This document shows positions 14,735 to 24,813 of a DNA stretch of 64,000 nucleotides, piece after piece (the stretch's first letter is position 1; each line of letters opens with the position of its first letter). This DNA is from an uncultured Gammaproteobacteria bacterium (GTDB taxonomy: Bacteria; Pseudomonadota; Gammaproteobacteria; UBA9214): contig CAWHCQ010000016.1 in the NCBI GenBank assembly GCA_963827755.1, positions 43,965 through 107,964 on the forward strand, in the 5' to 3' direction. The notes under the pieces are model-generated. The model ran no database searches and was not told the origin of the DNA. It saw only the letters and a list, made by a program, of their open reading frames with translations. The position numbers and the translations under genes were made by a program.

Positions 14735-14792
14735 CCGCTCCTGCGGGATGATTTACCCCCGCCAGGAATTAACCGGCGGCTATATCAATCAC

Positions 14793-14858
14793 TGTAGGAG
14801 CCAGCGCCAGCTGGCGAAGTATTCGCGGGGTATTCGCGAGCTGGCGCTCGCTCCTACG
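14793..14858. repeat. GTAG-type REP doublet (inverted pair)
   Basis: tgtaggagccagcgccagctggcgaa ... ttcgcgagctggcgctcgctcctacg; same family as 38292..38367. Confidence 0.7.
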
Positions 14859-14873
14859 GGGTATATAGTGCCT

Positions 14874-15584
14874 ATGCGTGATGATCCAAAATTCCATGCA
14901 GTGATCCCGGCAGCCGGCAGCGGTGCGCGCATGGCAGCGGGCATGCCCAAGCAATACCTGCCAATGGCAGGAAGGACCGTGCTCGAATACAGCCTCGATG
15001 CCTTGCTCGCCTGTGAACGCATTGAAACCGTCGTGCTGGTGCTTGCCGATGATGATGAATACTGGCCGACGATCGGCGATCGCTATAAAGACAGCCGCGT
15101 GGAAACCGTCAGCGGTGGCGCCGAACGCTGTTATTCAGTATTAAACGGCCTTGCACACCTTGCTGATACAGCGGATGAAAATGACTGGGTGCTGGTACAC
15201 GATGCCGCGCGCCCGTGCCTGCGCCGGGAGGACCTTGATTTCCTGCTGGCTAGCCTCGAAGGTGACCCGGTCGGTGGTCTGCTGGGCATTCCGGTTACCG
15301 ATACCAAGAAGCAGGTCAACGCCGATGGTGCCGTCATCCAGACGCTGGAGCGTGAGGGAATATGGCGTGCCCTGACGCCGCAGATGTTTCGCCTCGGGCC
15401 GCTGCGTGATGCCTTGCAGCAGGCGATCGACAGGGGGGTGCTGGTGACCGATGAAGCGGCCGCGATGGAAATCACCGGGCAGCGGCCGCGCATGGTGCTG
15501 GGCCATGCTGATAACATCAAGATTACCCGGCCCGGCGATTTGCAGCTGGCGGAGTTTTACCTGCAGTCGAGGGAAACTTTATGA
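14874..15584 (+). CDS. ispD: MEP cytidylyltransferase
   Basis: '[15 protein letters not shown]', '[10 protein letters not shown]', 'ALTPQMF', '[10 protein letters not shown]'. Confidence 0.95.
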   Translation: MRDDPKFHAVIPAAGSGARMAAGMPKQYLPMAGRTVLEYSLDALLACERIETVVLVLADDDEYWPTIGDRYKDSRVETVSGGAERCYSVLNGLAHLADTADENDWVLVHDAARPCLRREDLDFLLASLEGDPVGGLLGIPVTDTKKQVNADGAVIQTLEREGIWRALTPQMFRLGPLRDALQQAIDRGVLVTDEAAAMEITGQRPRMVLGHADNIKITRPGDLQLAEFYLQSRETL

Positions 15585-16051
15585 GAGTCGGACACGGTTT
15601 CGATGCACATGCGTTCAAGGATGGCGGGACTCTGGTGCTTGGAGGAGTCAATATCCCGCATACCCGCAGTCTCGAGGCGCACTCGGACGGAGATGTCGTG
15701 CTGCATGCCCTCTGCGATGCACTGCTGGGTGCAGCAGGTCTCGGTGATATCGGCATGCACTTCCCGCCGGGGGATGCAGAGTTTAAAAATATCGACAGCC
15801 GGATATTGCTGCGCCGGGTTATCGGACAGGTCGCGGAACAGGGTTACAGCCTGGCCAATGCCGATCTCACCATCGTCGCCCAGGCCCCGAAACTGGCCCG
15901 ATTCGTCGATACCATGTGCATCAATATCAGTACCGACTGCGCGGTGAAGGTCGACCAGGTCAACGTCAAGGCGACCACTACCGAGCACCTGGGTTTTACC
16001 GGCAGGGGTGAGGGCATTGCCGCCTTTGCCGTGGTCCTGCTGCGAGGCTAA
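15581..16051 (+). CDS. ispF: MECDP synthase
   Basis: 'RVGHGFDAH', '[14 protein letters not shown]', '[15 protein letters not shown]'. Confidence 0.96.
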   Translation: MRVGHGFDAHAFKDGGTLVLGGVNIPHTRSLEAHSDGDVVLHALCDALLGAAGLGDIGMHFPPGDAEFKNIDSRILLRRVIGQVAEQGYSLANADLTIVAQAPKLARFVDTMCINISTDCAVKVDQVNVKATTTEHLGFTGRGEGIAAFAVVLLRG

Positions 16052-16072
16052 GGACCACGGGCAGGAGTCCTT

Positions 16073-17116
16073 GTGCTGCAGCAAGCCATCCATGCGCTGG
16101 CCTTCGCATCAGGCCAACCGACGGTCTCCGCCTGCCTGCGCAAGACACCCGAAGATTTCCGTGTCAATGAAATCCCGCTGCTTGAGCCGGACGGAACGGG
16201 TGAACATGCCTGGGTCCTGATCCGCAAGCGCCTGGAAAATACGGCCGGGGTGGCCGGGCTGCTGGCGAAGTTTTCCGGGGCGGCGCTGCGTGATGTCAGC
16301 TACGCGGGTATGAAAGACCGCCAGGCCGTTACCGAGCAATGGTTCTCCGTGCAGCTGCCGGGACGTGCCGACCCCGACTGGACGGCACTGAACTGCGAGA
16401 CGATCACGGTTCTCAGGCATGTGCGCCATTCACGCAAGCTGCGCCGTGGTGCACTGAAAGGCAATGCCTTCCGGCTGGTGCTGCGCGACATCGACGGCGA
16501 GGCGAATCAACTGGACCGGCGGCTTGAGCATATTGCAAGGCAGGGTGTGCCGAATTATTTCGGCGAGCAGCGTTTCGGGCGCAATGGCGCCAACCTGCAC
16601 ACCGCCCTGCAGTTATTCGGGAACCCGCGGCGGCGGATCTCCCGGACCCGGCGTGGCCTGGCGTTCTCGGCAGCGCGCTCGCTGTTGTTTAACCAGGTGC
16701 TGTCGCGGCGGGTCGCGGCGGGGAACTGGAACCAGGTGATCGCCGGCGACGCCCTGCAACTGCAGGGCAGTCACAGCTATTTCATTGCTGAAAACATCGA
16801 CGCGGAACTGCTTGCACGCAGCGAACGCCAGGACGTGCATCCAACCGGGCCGCTGCACGGCCGTGGGGCAAACGCTGTGCGGCTGGATTGCCTGCAGCTG
16901 GAAAATGAAGTCCTCGCAGACTACCCGGACTGGCTGGCGGGTCTTGAAGCCGCCGGGTTGAAGCAGGACAGACGCGCACTGCGCGTGCCTGTCGAGGGGC
17001 TTGAATGGCAATGGACAGGAACGGATAAACTGGAACTGGTTTTCTCGCTGCCCGCCGGCAGTTATGCAACCAGCGTACTGCGTGAGCTTGTTGTCAATAC
17101 CGGGCAGGTACGCTGA
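16073..17116 (+). CDS. truD: tRNA pseudouridine(13) synthase
   Basis: 'PEDFRVNE', 'YAGMKDRQAVTEQWFS', 'PNYFGEQRFG', 'GSYATSVLREL'. Confidence 0.95.
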   Translation: MLQQAIHALAFASGQPTVSACLRKTPEDFRVNEIPLLEPDGTGEHAWVLIRKRLENTAGVAGLLAKFSGAALRDVSYAGMKDRQAVTEQWFSVQLPGRADPDWTALNCETITVLRHVRHSRKLRRGALKGNAFRLVLRDIDGEANQLDRRLEHIARQGVPNYFGEQRFGRNGANLHTALQLFGNPRRRISRTRRGLAFSAARSLLFNQVLSRRVAAGNWNQVIAGDALQLQGSHSYFIAENIDAELLARSERQDVHPTGPLHGRGANAVRLDCLQLENEVLADYPDWLAGLEAAGLKQDRRALRVPVEGLEWQWTGTDKLELVFSLPAGSYATSVLRELVVNTGQVR

Positions 17117-17136
17117 GTCTGTCTCACCTGTACGTT

Positions 17137-17679
17137 TCAGTGTGCGCGCAACAGGACATATACCGCACCCGTGCCGCCATCCCGGGGCGGGGTGGAACTG
17201 AAGGCCAGTACGTCCTGGTGCTGGCGCAACCATGAATTCAGCCGGTTTTTCAGGATCGGGGCATCACCGCCCGAACTATAGCCTTTGCCATGGATAATAC
17301 GGATGCAGCGGATATGCCGGTCGCGACACCGGGTTATGAAATTGGCGATGGCATTACGCGCAACTGCCGTGGTCATGCCGTGCATGTCGAGTTCGGCCCC
17401 GATGGGTAACTGGCCGCGCCTGAGCCGCTGCAGCTGGCGTTGTTGCACACCGCTGCGGGCAAAGAACAGGGTATCACTCGCAGTGACCGTGCCTGCATCG
17501 AAACCGTCCGAGAAACCCGCCTCGATGGCAGTGTCTGCAAAGTCCGGCTGGTTACGCGGCCGACTCGAGAGCCGCTTTCGAAAGGGTGGTATTTTGTCGC
17601 TGCCAAGCGGCCGGATAACGGCGGCACTGCGTCGAAACAGCTCGATATCCTCCTGCGAAGGTTTCTTCCGGTCGGCCAT
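17137..17679 (-). CDS. Smr/MutS2-domain endonuclease family protein
   Basis: 'LDMHGMT', 'IIHGKG', 'PILKNRLNSWL', 'GGTGAVYVLL'. Confidence 0.9.
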   Translation of the reverse strand: MADRKKPSQEDIELFRRSAAVIRPLGSDKIPPFRKRLSSRPRNQPDFADTAIEAGFSDGFDAGTVTASDTLFFARSGVQQRQLQRLRRGQLPIGAELDMHGMTTAVARNAIANFITRCRDRHIRCIRIIHGKGYSSGGDAPILKNRLNSWLRQHQDVLAFSSTPPRDGGTGAVYVLLRAH

Positions 17680-17779
17680 GAGAGTCAGCTGTTGATTATC
17701 CAGGTTTCAGTTTAGGAATCATTCAGGGCATCCCTTATACTACATGGCCTGATCGAGGTTAATACACCTTTTACAATTG

Positions 17780-18526
17780 ATGAATATTCTGCTCAGTAAC
17801 GATGATGGCTACCAGGCCAGTGGCTTGCAGGCGCTGGCTACCGCGATGGCCGATATGGCCACCATTCACGTGGTGGCACCGGAGCGCGACCGCAGTGGCG
17901 CCAGTAACTCACTGACCCTGGATAACCCGTTACGGGCACATGTGGGAAGTAACGGTTTTACCTTTGTCGATGGCACGCCCACGGATTGTGTCCACCTGGC
18001 CATTACCGGTCTGCTTGAAAAGGAGCCGGATATGGTCGTGGCCGGTATCAATGCCGGTGCCAATATGGGTGATGATGTGTTGTATTCGGGCACGGTTGCC
18101 GCCGCCATGGAAGGGCGTTTCCTGGGCTTTCCGGCGATTGCCGTTTCCCTCGCCTACAGTGGCAGGCCGACGCATTATGTGTCCGCTGCCCGGGTTGCAG
18201 TAGACCTGGTCAAGCGGGTCATGGCCGGTGCATTGCCGGCAGATACCATTTTGAACGTCAATGTACCGGACCTGCCGTGGGAACAGATAAAGGGTATCCA
18301 GGCAACGCGACTCGGTCACCGTCACAAGTCGGAACCGGTCATAAAGGAAGAGGACCCGCGCGGACGCACCGTCTACTGGGTCGGGCCGGCGGGTCTGGAA
18401 GAGGATGCCGGGCCGGGTACGGACTTTCATGCAGTACGTGCCGGCTTTGTTTCGGTGACCCCGCTGGATGTCGACCTGACGCGTTATGATGCGCTTGATG
18501 GCCTTGCCGGCTGGCTGGTCGAGTAG
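17780..18526 (+). CDS. surE: 5'/3'-nucleotidase SurE
   Basis: 'ILLSNDDG', 'RSGASNSLT', 'DGTPTDCV', '[11 protein letters not shown]'. Confidence 0.96.
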   Translation: MNILLSNDDGYQASGLQALATAMADMATIHVVAPERDRSGASNSLTLDNPLRAHVGSNGFTFVDGTPTDCVHLAITGLLEKEPDMVVAGINAGANMGDDVLYSGTVAAAMEGRFLGFPAIAVSLAYSGRPTHYVSAARVAVDLVKRVMAGALPADTILNVNVPDLPWEQIKGIQATRLGHRHKSEPVIKEEDPRGRTVYWVGPAGLEEDAGPGTDFHAVRAGFVSVTPLDVDLTRYDALDGLAGWLVE

Positions 18527-18540
18527 CCTGGAAGCCTGAC

Positions 18541-19200
18541 ATGAATACACACAACCGTGGCATCGGCATGACTTCTCAGCGCACGCGTGACCGCCTGGTG
18601 CAGCGTCTGCGCGATGAAGGCATTCAAAACGAGGCGGTGCTTGATGTTATTCGCAACATGCCCCGTCATCTGTTCGTCGACGAAGCGCTGGCCAGTCGTG
18701 CCTATGAAGATACTGCCTTGCCGATTGGTTATAACCAGACGATTTCACAACCCTACATTGTCGCGGTAATGACAGACCTGATTATCGGTAATCATCCGAA
18801 AAAAGTGCTGGAGATCGGTACCGGCTCCGGTTACCAGGCGGCTGTGCTGGCGCCACTGGTCGAGAAAATCTATACCGTTGAGCGGATCGCGCCGCTGGCG
18901 AAACAGGCGCGTCAGCGGTTTCGCCAGCTGGGAATCAGGAATGTGCGCGCCAGCTACTCGGACGGCACGGAAGGCCTGCCGGAATTCGCACCCTATGATG
19001 CCATTATCACCACTGCGGCTTCAAAACAGATTCCGCCAGCCTTGCTGGAGCAGTTGTCGGAACAGGGCGGGCGACTGATCATTCCGCTGGGCGGGTCGGG
19101 GATGCAGACATTGACGCTGGTGACACGCAGGGGAGACAACTATGAACAGGAAGATCTCGATCCGGTTGTCTTCGTTCCCCTGCTGAGCGGCCAGGCCTGA
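18541..19200 (+). CDS. pcm: Protein-L-isoaspartate O-methyltransferase
   Basis: '[10 protein letters not shown]', '[13 protein letters not shown]', 'FVPL'. Confidence 0.95.
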   Translation: MNTHNRGIGMTSQRTRDRLVQRLRDEGIQNEAVLDVIRNMPRHLFVDEALASRAYEDTALPIGYNQTISQPYIVAVMTDLIIGNHPKKVLEIGTGSGYQAAVLAPLVEKIYTVERIAPLAKQARQRFRQLGIRNVRASYSDGTEGLPEFAPYDAIITTAASKQIPPALLEQLSEQGGRLIIPLGGSGMQTLTLVTRRGDNYEQEDLDPVVFVPLLSGQA

Positions 19201-19205
19201 TCAGG

Positions 19206-19778
19206 ATGTTCACCCGTCTGTATGACAAGTGCATGGCATGGGCGCGTCACCGCCATGCGCTCTGGTACCTGTCCGCCCTGAGTTTCGCCGAATCCTCTTT
19301 TTTCCCGGTCCCCCCGGATGTCATGCTGGCACCCATGAGCATGGCAAGGCCGGACCGCGCCATGCGTTACGCGGCCCTGACGACGCTTGCATCTGTCATC
19401 GGCGGGCTATTTGGTTATTTTATCGGCGTGTTTGCCTTTGAAGCGATCGAGCCCTGGTTGCGAACGACCGCTTACTGGGAAAAATATTTACTTGCCAGCA
19501 GCTGGTTCGAGGCATGGGGTTTCTGGGCGATACTGGTTGCCGGCTTCTCGCCGATCCCCTACAAGGTCTTCACCATCGCGGCCGGCTCGCTGCTGATGAA
19601 TCTTCCCCTGTTTGTTCTCGGCTCTATCGCAGGTCGGGGCGGGCGTTTTTTCCTGGTGGCCGGTTTGCTTGCATGGGGCGGACCGGCCATGGAGAAAAAC
19701 CTCCGCCGCTACGTTGAACGTATCGGCTGGCTTGTGGTAATTTTTGCCGTATTGGCCTTTCTGTATTTTCGCCATTGA
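19206..19778 (+). CDS. YqaA/DedA-family membrane protein
   Basis: 'SFAESSFFPVPPDVML', 'FSPIPYKVFTIAAG'; pcm-nlpD context. Confidence 0.88.
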   Translation: MFTRLYDKCMAWARHRHALWYLSALSFAESSFFPVPPDVMLAPMSMARPDRAMRYAALTTLASVIGGLFGYFIGVFAFEAIEPWLRTTAYWEKYLLASSWFEAWGFWAILVAGFSPIPYKVFTIAAGSLLMNLPLFVLGSIAGRGGRFFLVAGLLAWGGPAMEKNLRRYVERIGWLVVIFAVLAFLYFRH

Positions 19779-20638
19779 TGTCAAGCAGCAAACTATTTCT
19801 CACGGCCTGTATACTGTCCCTGCTGGTGGCGGCATGCAGCAGCCATTCGATTCGCGCCCCGGTTTCCTCGCGCAGTCATGATGAACCGGCGCGCCCGACT
19901 GCAGCTGCAACAACCAGCCCGCTACGCAACGTACGCAAATATCTCGCGGGCACAGACGGCATTTATGTGGTGAAGCCCGGCGACACGCTTTCCTCGATTG
20001 CCCGGCGACATGGCACGGGATACAAGCAGCTTGCAAGCATCAACGGAATACCTCTTCCCTATAACATTCGTGTCGGGCAGCGTCTCAGGCTCACACCCGG
20101 GGCCGGCACCGAGGTTGTTGTCCCGCCTTTGCCGGCGGCCGGGAAAGTGACACCCGGGACGGCTACCGCGAAGGCAGGGACAAAGACAAAGACAAAGACA
20201 AAGACAAAGACAAAGACGGTGGAGCAGCCTGTGCCTGCCAAAACCGGCAAGGTGATCGAGTTCGACGGTAAATGGCAATGGCCGACTCGCGGTCGCCTGT
20301 TGCGTGGTCACAGGCCGAATGAGCCCGGCAAGAAGGGTATTTACATCGGTGGACACAATGGCCAGCCGGTAAAGGCCGCTGCCGGCGGGAAAGTAGTCTA
20401 TGTCGGGAGTGGACTTGTAGGCTATGGCAGGCTTATTATCATCAGTCACAATGAAAGTTTGCTGAGTACCTACGGGCACAATAGCGAATTGCTGGTTGCC
20501 GAAGGTGAATACGTCAAGGCAGGTCAGGTGATTGCGAAGATGGGCAGTAGCAGTATCGGTCGCAACGAACTGTATTTCGAAATTCGTAAAGACGGAAAGC
20601 CGGTCAATCCGTCGGACTATCTGCCAGAAAAACACTGA
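19775..20638 (+). CDS. nlpD: LysM/M23 lipoprotein NlpD
   Basis: Lipobox 'VAAC', LysM 'YVVKPGDTL', degenerate M23 'WQWPTRG..YGRLIIISH..LYFEIRKDGKPVNP'; directly upstream of rpoS. Confidence 0.88.
   Translation: MMSSSKLFLTACILSLLVAACSSHSIRAPVSSRSHDEPARPTAAATTSPLRNVRKYLAGTDGIYVVKPGDTLSSIARRHGTGYKQLASINGIPLPYNIRVGQRLRLTPGAGTEVVVPPLPAAGKVTPGTATAKAGTKTKTKTKTKTKTVEQPVPAKTGKVIEFDGKWQWPTRGRLLRGHRPNEPGKKGIYIGGHNGQPVKAAAGGKVVYVGSGLVGYGRLIIISHNESLLSTYGHNSELLVAEGEYVKAGQVIAKMGSSSIGRNELYFEIRKDGKPVNPSDYLPEKH
20179..20217 (+). repeat. In-frame hexamer tandem repeat (GACAAA x6.5, encodes Thr-Lys repeats) in the nlpD linker
   Basis: Read directly from the sequence. Confidence 0.9.
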
Positions 20639-20713
20639 CCCGGGCTGCACCGGCCACGTAAAGGAGGCCATGCGCGCATGGCCGGGTACTGGATGTGACA
20701 GCTGAGGAAGCCA

Positions 20714-21700
20714 GTGGTGAAACGCAAGGGTTCCGGGAAAGAGAATAAAAAAGGCCAGACTGCCGCTGTCGACGAGGCACCAGGCCAGCAGCCGCTCAGG
20801 CGTGAAAAGCCGGTCTCGCGGTCAGATGAAGTAGCCAAAAAGACCAGGTCCCTGGACAGATCCCCGGAAAGTCACGATTCCACCCGGCTCTATCTCAACG
20901 AAATCGGCGCCTCCCCCCTGCTCACGGCAGAGGAGGAGGTCATGTACTCGCGCCAGGCACAGGCCGGCGATGAAGAATCGCGCAAGCACATGATCGAGAG
21001 CAACCTGCGCCTGGTTGTCAAGATTGCGCGCCGATACATGAACCGGGGCCTCGCGTTTCTTGACCTGATTGAGGAGGGCAATCTCGGGCTGATTCGCGCG
21101 GTTGAGAAATTCGATCCTGAGCGGGGTTTTCGTTTCTCGACCTATGCGACCTGGTGGATACGTCAAACCATAGAACGTGCCATCATGAACCAGTCGCGCA
21201 CCATCCGTTTGCCGATCCACGTGGTCAAGGAAATCAATACCTACCTGCGCGCCGCGCGCAGCCTTGCCCAGGAGCTCGATCATGAACCCAGTGCGGAAGA
21301 AATCGCCACCCTGCTGAACAAGCCGATTGAGGATGTCGAGCGCATGCTCGGCCTGAATGAGCGCACGACTTCAACAGACAGCAATATTTCGGGAGACTCC
21401 AGCACAACCCTGCTGGAAACCATCGCCGATGAAAGTGCCCGGGACCCTTCGGAAAGCCTGCAGGAGGAGGCGGTCCACAGCAACCTCGAAGAGTGTTTGT
21501 CACAGTTAACTGACAAGCAGCGTGCCGTCGTCGAACGCCGCTTTGGCCTGCATGGTTACAGCCCTTCCACCCTCGAGGAGGTTGGCCTGGAGATCGGCGT
21601 CACCCGTGAACGCGTTCGCCAGATTCAGATGGATGCGCTGAAAAAACTGAAACGTATTCTGGAGCAGGAGGGGTTCTCGGTAGAGGCGCTGCTTAAATGA
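20714..21700 (+). CDS. rpoS: RNA polymerase sigma factor RpoS
   Basis: 'LYLNEIG..LLTAEEE', '[16 protein letters not shown]', '[10 protein letters not shown]', '[11 protein letters not shown]'; follows nlpD. Confidence 0.95.
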   Translation: MVKRKGSGKENKKGQTAAVDEAPGQQPLRREKPVSRSDEVAKKTRSLDRSPESHDSTRLYLNEIGASPLLTAEEEVMYSRQAQAGDEESRKHMIESNLRLVVKIARRYMNRGLAFLDLIEEGNLGLIRAVEKFDPERGFRFSTYATWWIRQTIERAIMNQSRTIRLPIHVVKEINTYLRAARSLAQELDHEPSAEEIATLLNKPIEDVERMLGLNERTTSTDSNISGDSSTTLLETIADESARDPSESLQEEAVHSNLEECLSQLTDKQRAVVERRFGLHGYSPSTLEEVGLEIGVTRERVRQIQMDALKKLKRILEQEGFSVEALLK

Positions 21701-21706
21701 GTTAAT

Positions 21707-21815
21707 AAGTGAGAAGTGAGAAGTGAGAAGTGAGAAGTGAGAAGTGAGAAGTGAGAAGTGAGAAGTGAGAAGTGAGAGGTGAGAAGTGAGAAGTGAGAAG
21801 TGAGAAGTGAGAAGT
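21707..21815. repeat. Heptamer tandem repeat (AAGTGAG x15 plus a partial unit, one AGGTGAG variant)
   Basis: Counted directly, starting 7 bp after the rpoS stop. Confidence 0.95.
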
Positions 21816-21964
21816 AGTGTTGAAATTCGGGCTGGCCCGGTAATTTCTGCCAAAAATCAGGCTCCAGTTGACCAGCGTCATAAACCAGTCCACGCATTAC
21901 CCTCGATAATTCCCGTACACGTAGTCAATTTTGGCAACCATCTTGTAACTGCCGGGCATACCAG

Positions 21965-24737
21965 GTGACTTCAGCGTACTCTGACAAAAACAGGCTCGTA
22001 CCCGTTGTGAATGCACGTCTCGGGCGTCTGCTGGGCGTTGTCATACTGCTGTTTTCGCTGCTGCTGCTCAACTCGGTGTACCTGGCCGCCATTTCCCTGC
22101 TGGAACAGCTGAGCGGGGCAGGCTACCAGAACTATTTTTACCTGCTGATGTTCCTGCTGCACCTGGCGCTGGGTCTGTTGATTATCCTGCCGTTGCTGGT
22201 GTTTGCCGTGGCGCACATGCGGCGTGCCTGGCGCCGTCCCAACCGCTATGCCGTCAGGGCGGGCATGGGGCTGTTTCTGACGGCGCTGGTGTTGCTGATT
22301 TCCGGGCTGTTGCTGACGCGCTTCGAATTTTTCGAGATCAACGATCCACAGGTGCGGCGCATCGGTTACTGGCTGCACGTCGTCAGCCCGTTGCTGGTTA
22401 TCTGGCTGTTTGTCCTGCATCGCCTGGCAGGCCCGCCGATCCGCTGGAAGACGGGGTTGCGCTGGTCGCTTGCCGCCATCGGGACTGACTGCCGTCATGG
22501 TCGTGCTGCAGGCGGGTGTCCAGGGCGACAGCGACGGTGAGATAACAGTCGAATTTCCGCCCTCGCTGGCAGTCGTGCGGGGCGGCGAGGCGATCCCGCC
22601 GGAACACCTGATGACGGATGATGCCTGTGCAAGCTGCCACCCGGACATAATGAAGACTCACGAACAGAGCATGCATCGTTTCAGTTCCTTCAATAACCCG
22701 GTCTACAAATTCAGCGTGGAGGAGACACGCAGGGTCGTGCTGCAACGCGACGGCACGGTACAGGCGTCGCGGTTTTGCGCCGCCTGCCACGACCAGGTTC
22801 CCCTGTTCAGCGGCCAGTTCGACGACCCGGATTACGACACCGAAGGCAACCCGACAGCCGGGGCCGGTATCACCTGCATGACCTGTCACGCGATGACCCG
22901 CATCAACGGTGTGCACGGCAACGGTGATTACACCATTGCGGATCCGCCGCGCTATCCTTTTGCCTTCAGCGAGTCGCCGCTGCTGCGCAGCATCAACGAA
23001 CAGCTCATCAAGGCGAAACCGGCATTCCACAAGCAAACCCTGCTGAAACCGTTTCACCGCACGGCCGGGTTCTGTTCTGTCTGCCACAAGGCGAACCTGC
23101 CGGTCGAGCTCAATCATTACCGCTGGCTGCGCGGCCAGAATCATTACGACAGCTTCCTGCAAAGCGGCATATCCGGGCACCGGGTCGACAGCTTCTACTA
23201 CCCGCCGAAGGCCGTCTCGCGTTGCAGCGAATGTCACATGCCGTTGACGCCCTCGGATGACCCGGCCGCGCGCGATTTCAACGCCAGCGGCCAGCGCAGC
23301 GTGCACAACCACCAGTTTCCGGCCGCCAATACCGGCATCGCACAGCTGCTGGAGCTGCCTGACTGGGTGATGCAGGCGCAGCAGCAGCGTCTCGACGATG
23401 TCACCCGGGTCGATATTTTTGCGCTCCGGGATGACGGTCGCATCGATGCCGATCTGCATGCCCCCTTGCGTCCATCACTTCCCGAACTGGTCCCCGGGAA
23501 TCGTTACCTGCTCGAGGTTGTCATCCGCACCACCGGGGTCGGGCATCACCTGACGCAGGGCACTGCTGATTCCAACGAGCTGTGGCTGGACGTGACCGCC
23601 ATGGCTGGCGGCAAGCTCATCGGCCGCAGCGGCAGCCTGGACGGGCAGGGTAGCGTCGACCCCTGGTCGTACTTCGTCAACGCCTATGTACTGGATGCGC
23701 AGGGCAGGCGCATTGACCGGCGCAATGCCCAGGACATCTTCGTCGCGCTCTACGACCACCAGATTCCGCCGGGTGCCGCGACGGTCGTGCATTACCTGCT
23801 GGAGATACCGGGCGACGCGCAGGGGCCGGTCACCATCGAGGCGCACTTGAACTACCGCAAGTTCGATACAGCCTACCTGCGCCACCTGCAGGGCGACCGC
23901 TTTATCCGCAATGATCTGCCGGTCACGGTGATGGCCTCGGACCGCGTGCAGTTGCCGCTGCGTGGCGAGCACGCCCGGCTCGATGCGCAAGCTGTCCCGG
24001 ACATTCGGCCTGCAGAGCGCTGGAACGACTATGGCATCGGGCTGCTGCGTGAAGGCAACAGCGGCTCCGGCAAGGGCGAACTGCGCCAGGCCGAACAGGC
24101 CTTTAAACAGGCAGAGGCACTCGGTGAAGCCAGCGGTGCCGTGAATCTTGCCCGTGTGTACTTCAAGGAAGGACAGCTGGAACAGGCCTCGGTCGCATTA
24201 CGGCGTGCCAGCGAAAACCAGGCGCCGGCGTGGACCATTGCCTGGTTCAGTGCGCTCATCGACCGGGAGAACGGCCACCTGGAGACGGCCAGTGAGACAC
24301 TTGAAGCCATCGTCGGTAACCGCTTCGCAGAGGCACGCCGGCGCGGCTTCGACTTTTCCCGGGATGTCAGGGTGCTGAATGAACTCGGCCGCACCCTCGC
24401 CGAGCGTAGCCGGCAGCAGCGCGGCAGCCGGCAGCGCGAACTGCTCGAACAGGCGCTGACATGGTTTGAGAAGACACTGCAGACAGACCCGGAAAACCTG
24501 GCCGCACATTATAATCTTGCCCTGATCCATGCACAGCTCGGTAACACCGGCAAGGCCGGGCAGTACCGGGCATTGCATGAAAAATACCGCCCGGACGATC
24601 ATGCCGTCGAGCAGGCCGTCAGCGTGCACCGTCGCGAGAATGCGGCGGCCGATTACGCCGCCGCGGCCATTGTCATCCACGACCTGGGGCGGCAGGTCAA
24701 TGCAGAGACCAGCCGGCTGGCGCAGATGCAGAAGTAA
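21965..24737 (+). CDS. Membrane-anchored multiheme c cytochrome with N-terminal His-containing TM domain and C-terminal TPRs (ORFs 21965..22540 and 22410..24737 joined across an apparent frameshift near 22485)
   Basis: About five hydrophobic helices with His in 'FLLHLALG', 'AVAHMRR', 'YWLHVVS', 'FVLHRLA'; five CxxCH motifs (CASCH, CAACH, CMTCH, CSVCH, CSECH); TPR-like tail ('AHYNLALIHAQLG'). Confidence 0.75.
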
Positions 24738-24813
24738 CTGACTTACATCAATTCGACACCCCTGTGCAGGTCTGTAGAATCAATGCAACGTTTGCACAAC
24801 CCGGCAGTTATTT

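Noticed and set aside
21707-21815. Possible CRISPR array, and the 'SHFSLLT' repeat ORFs in the track
   Set aside because: Contiguous 7-mers with no spacers and no cas genes; the ORFs are translations of the repeat.
21932-21947. Sigma-54-like promoter TGGCAAC-N4-TTGTA before the multiheme gene
   Set aside because: The -12 GC is replaced by GT and the implied leader would be only a few bases.
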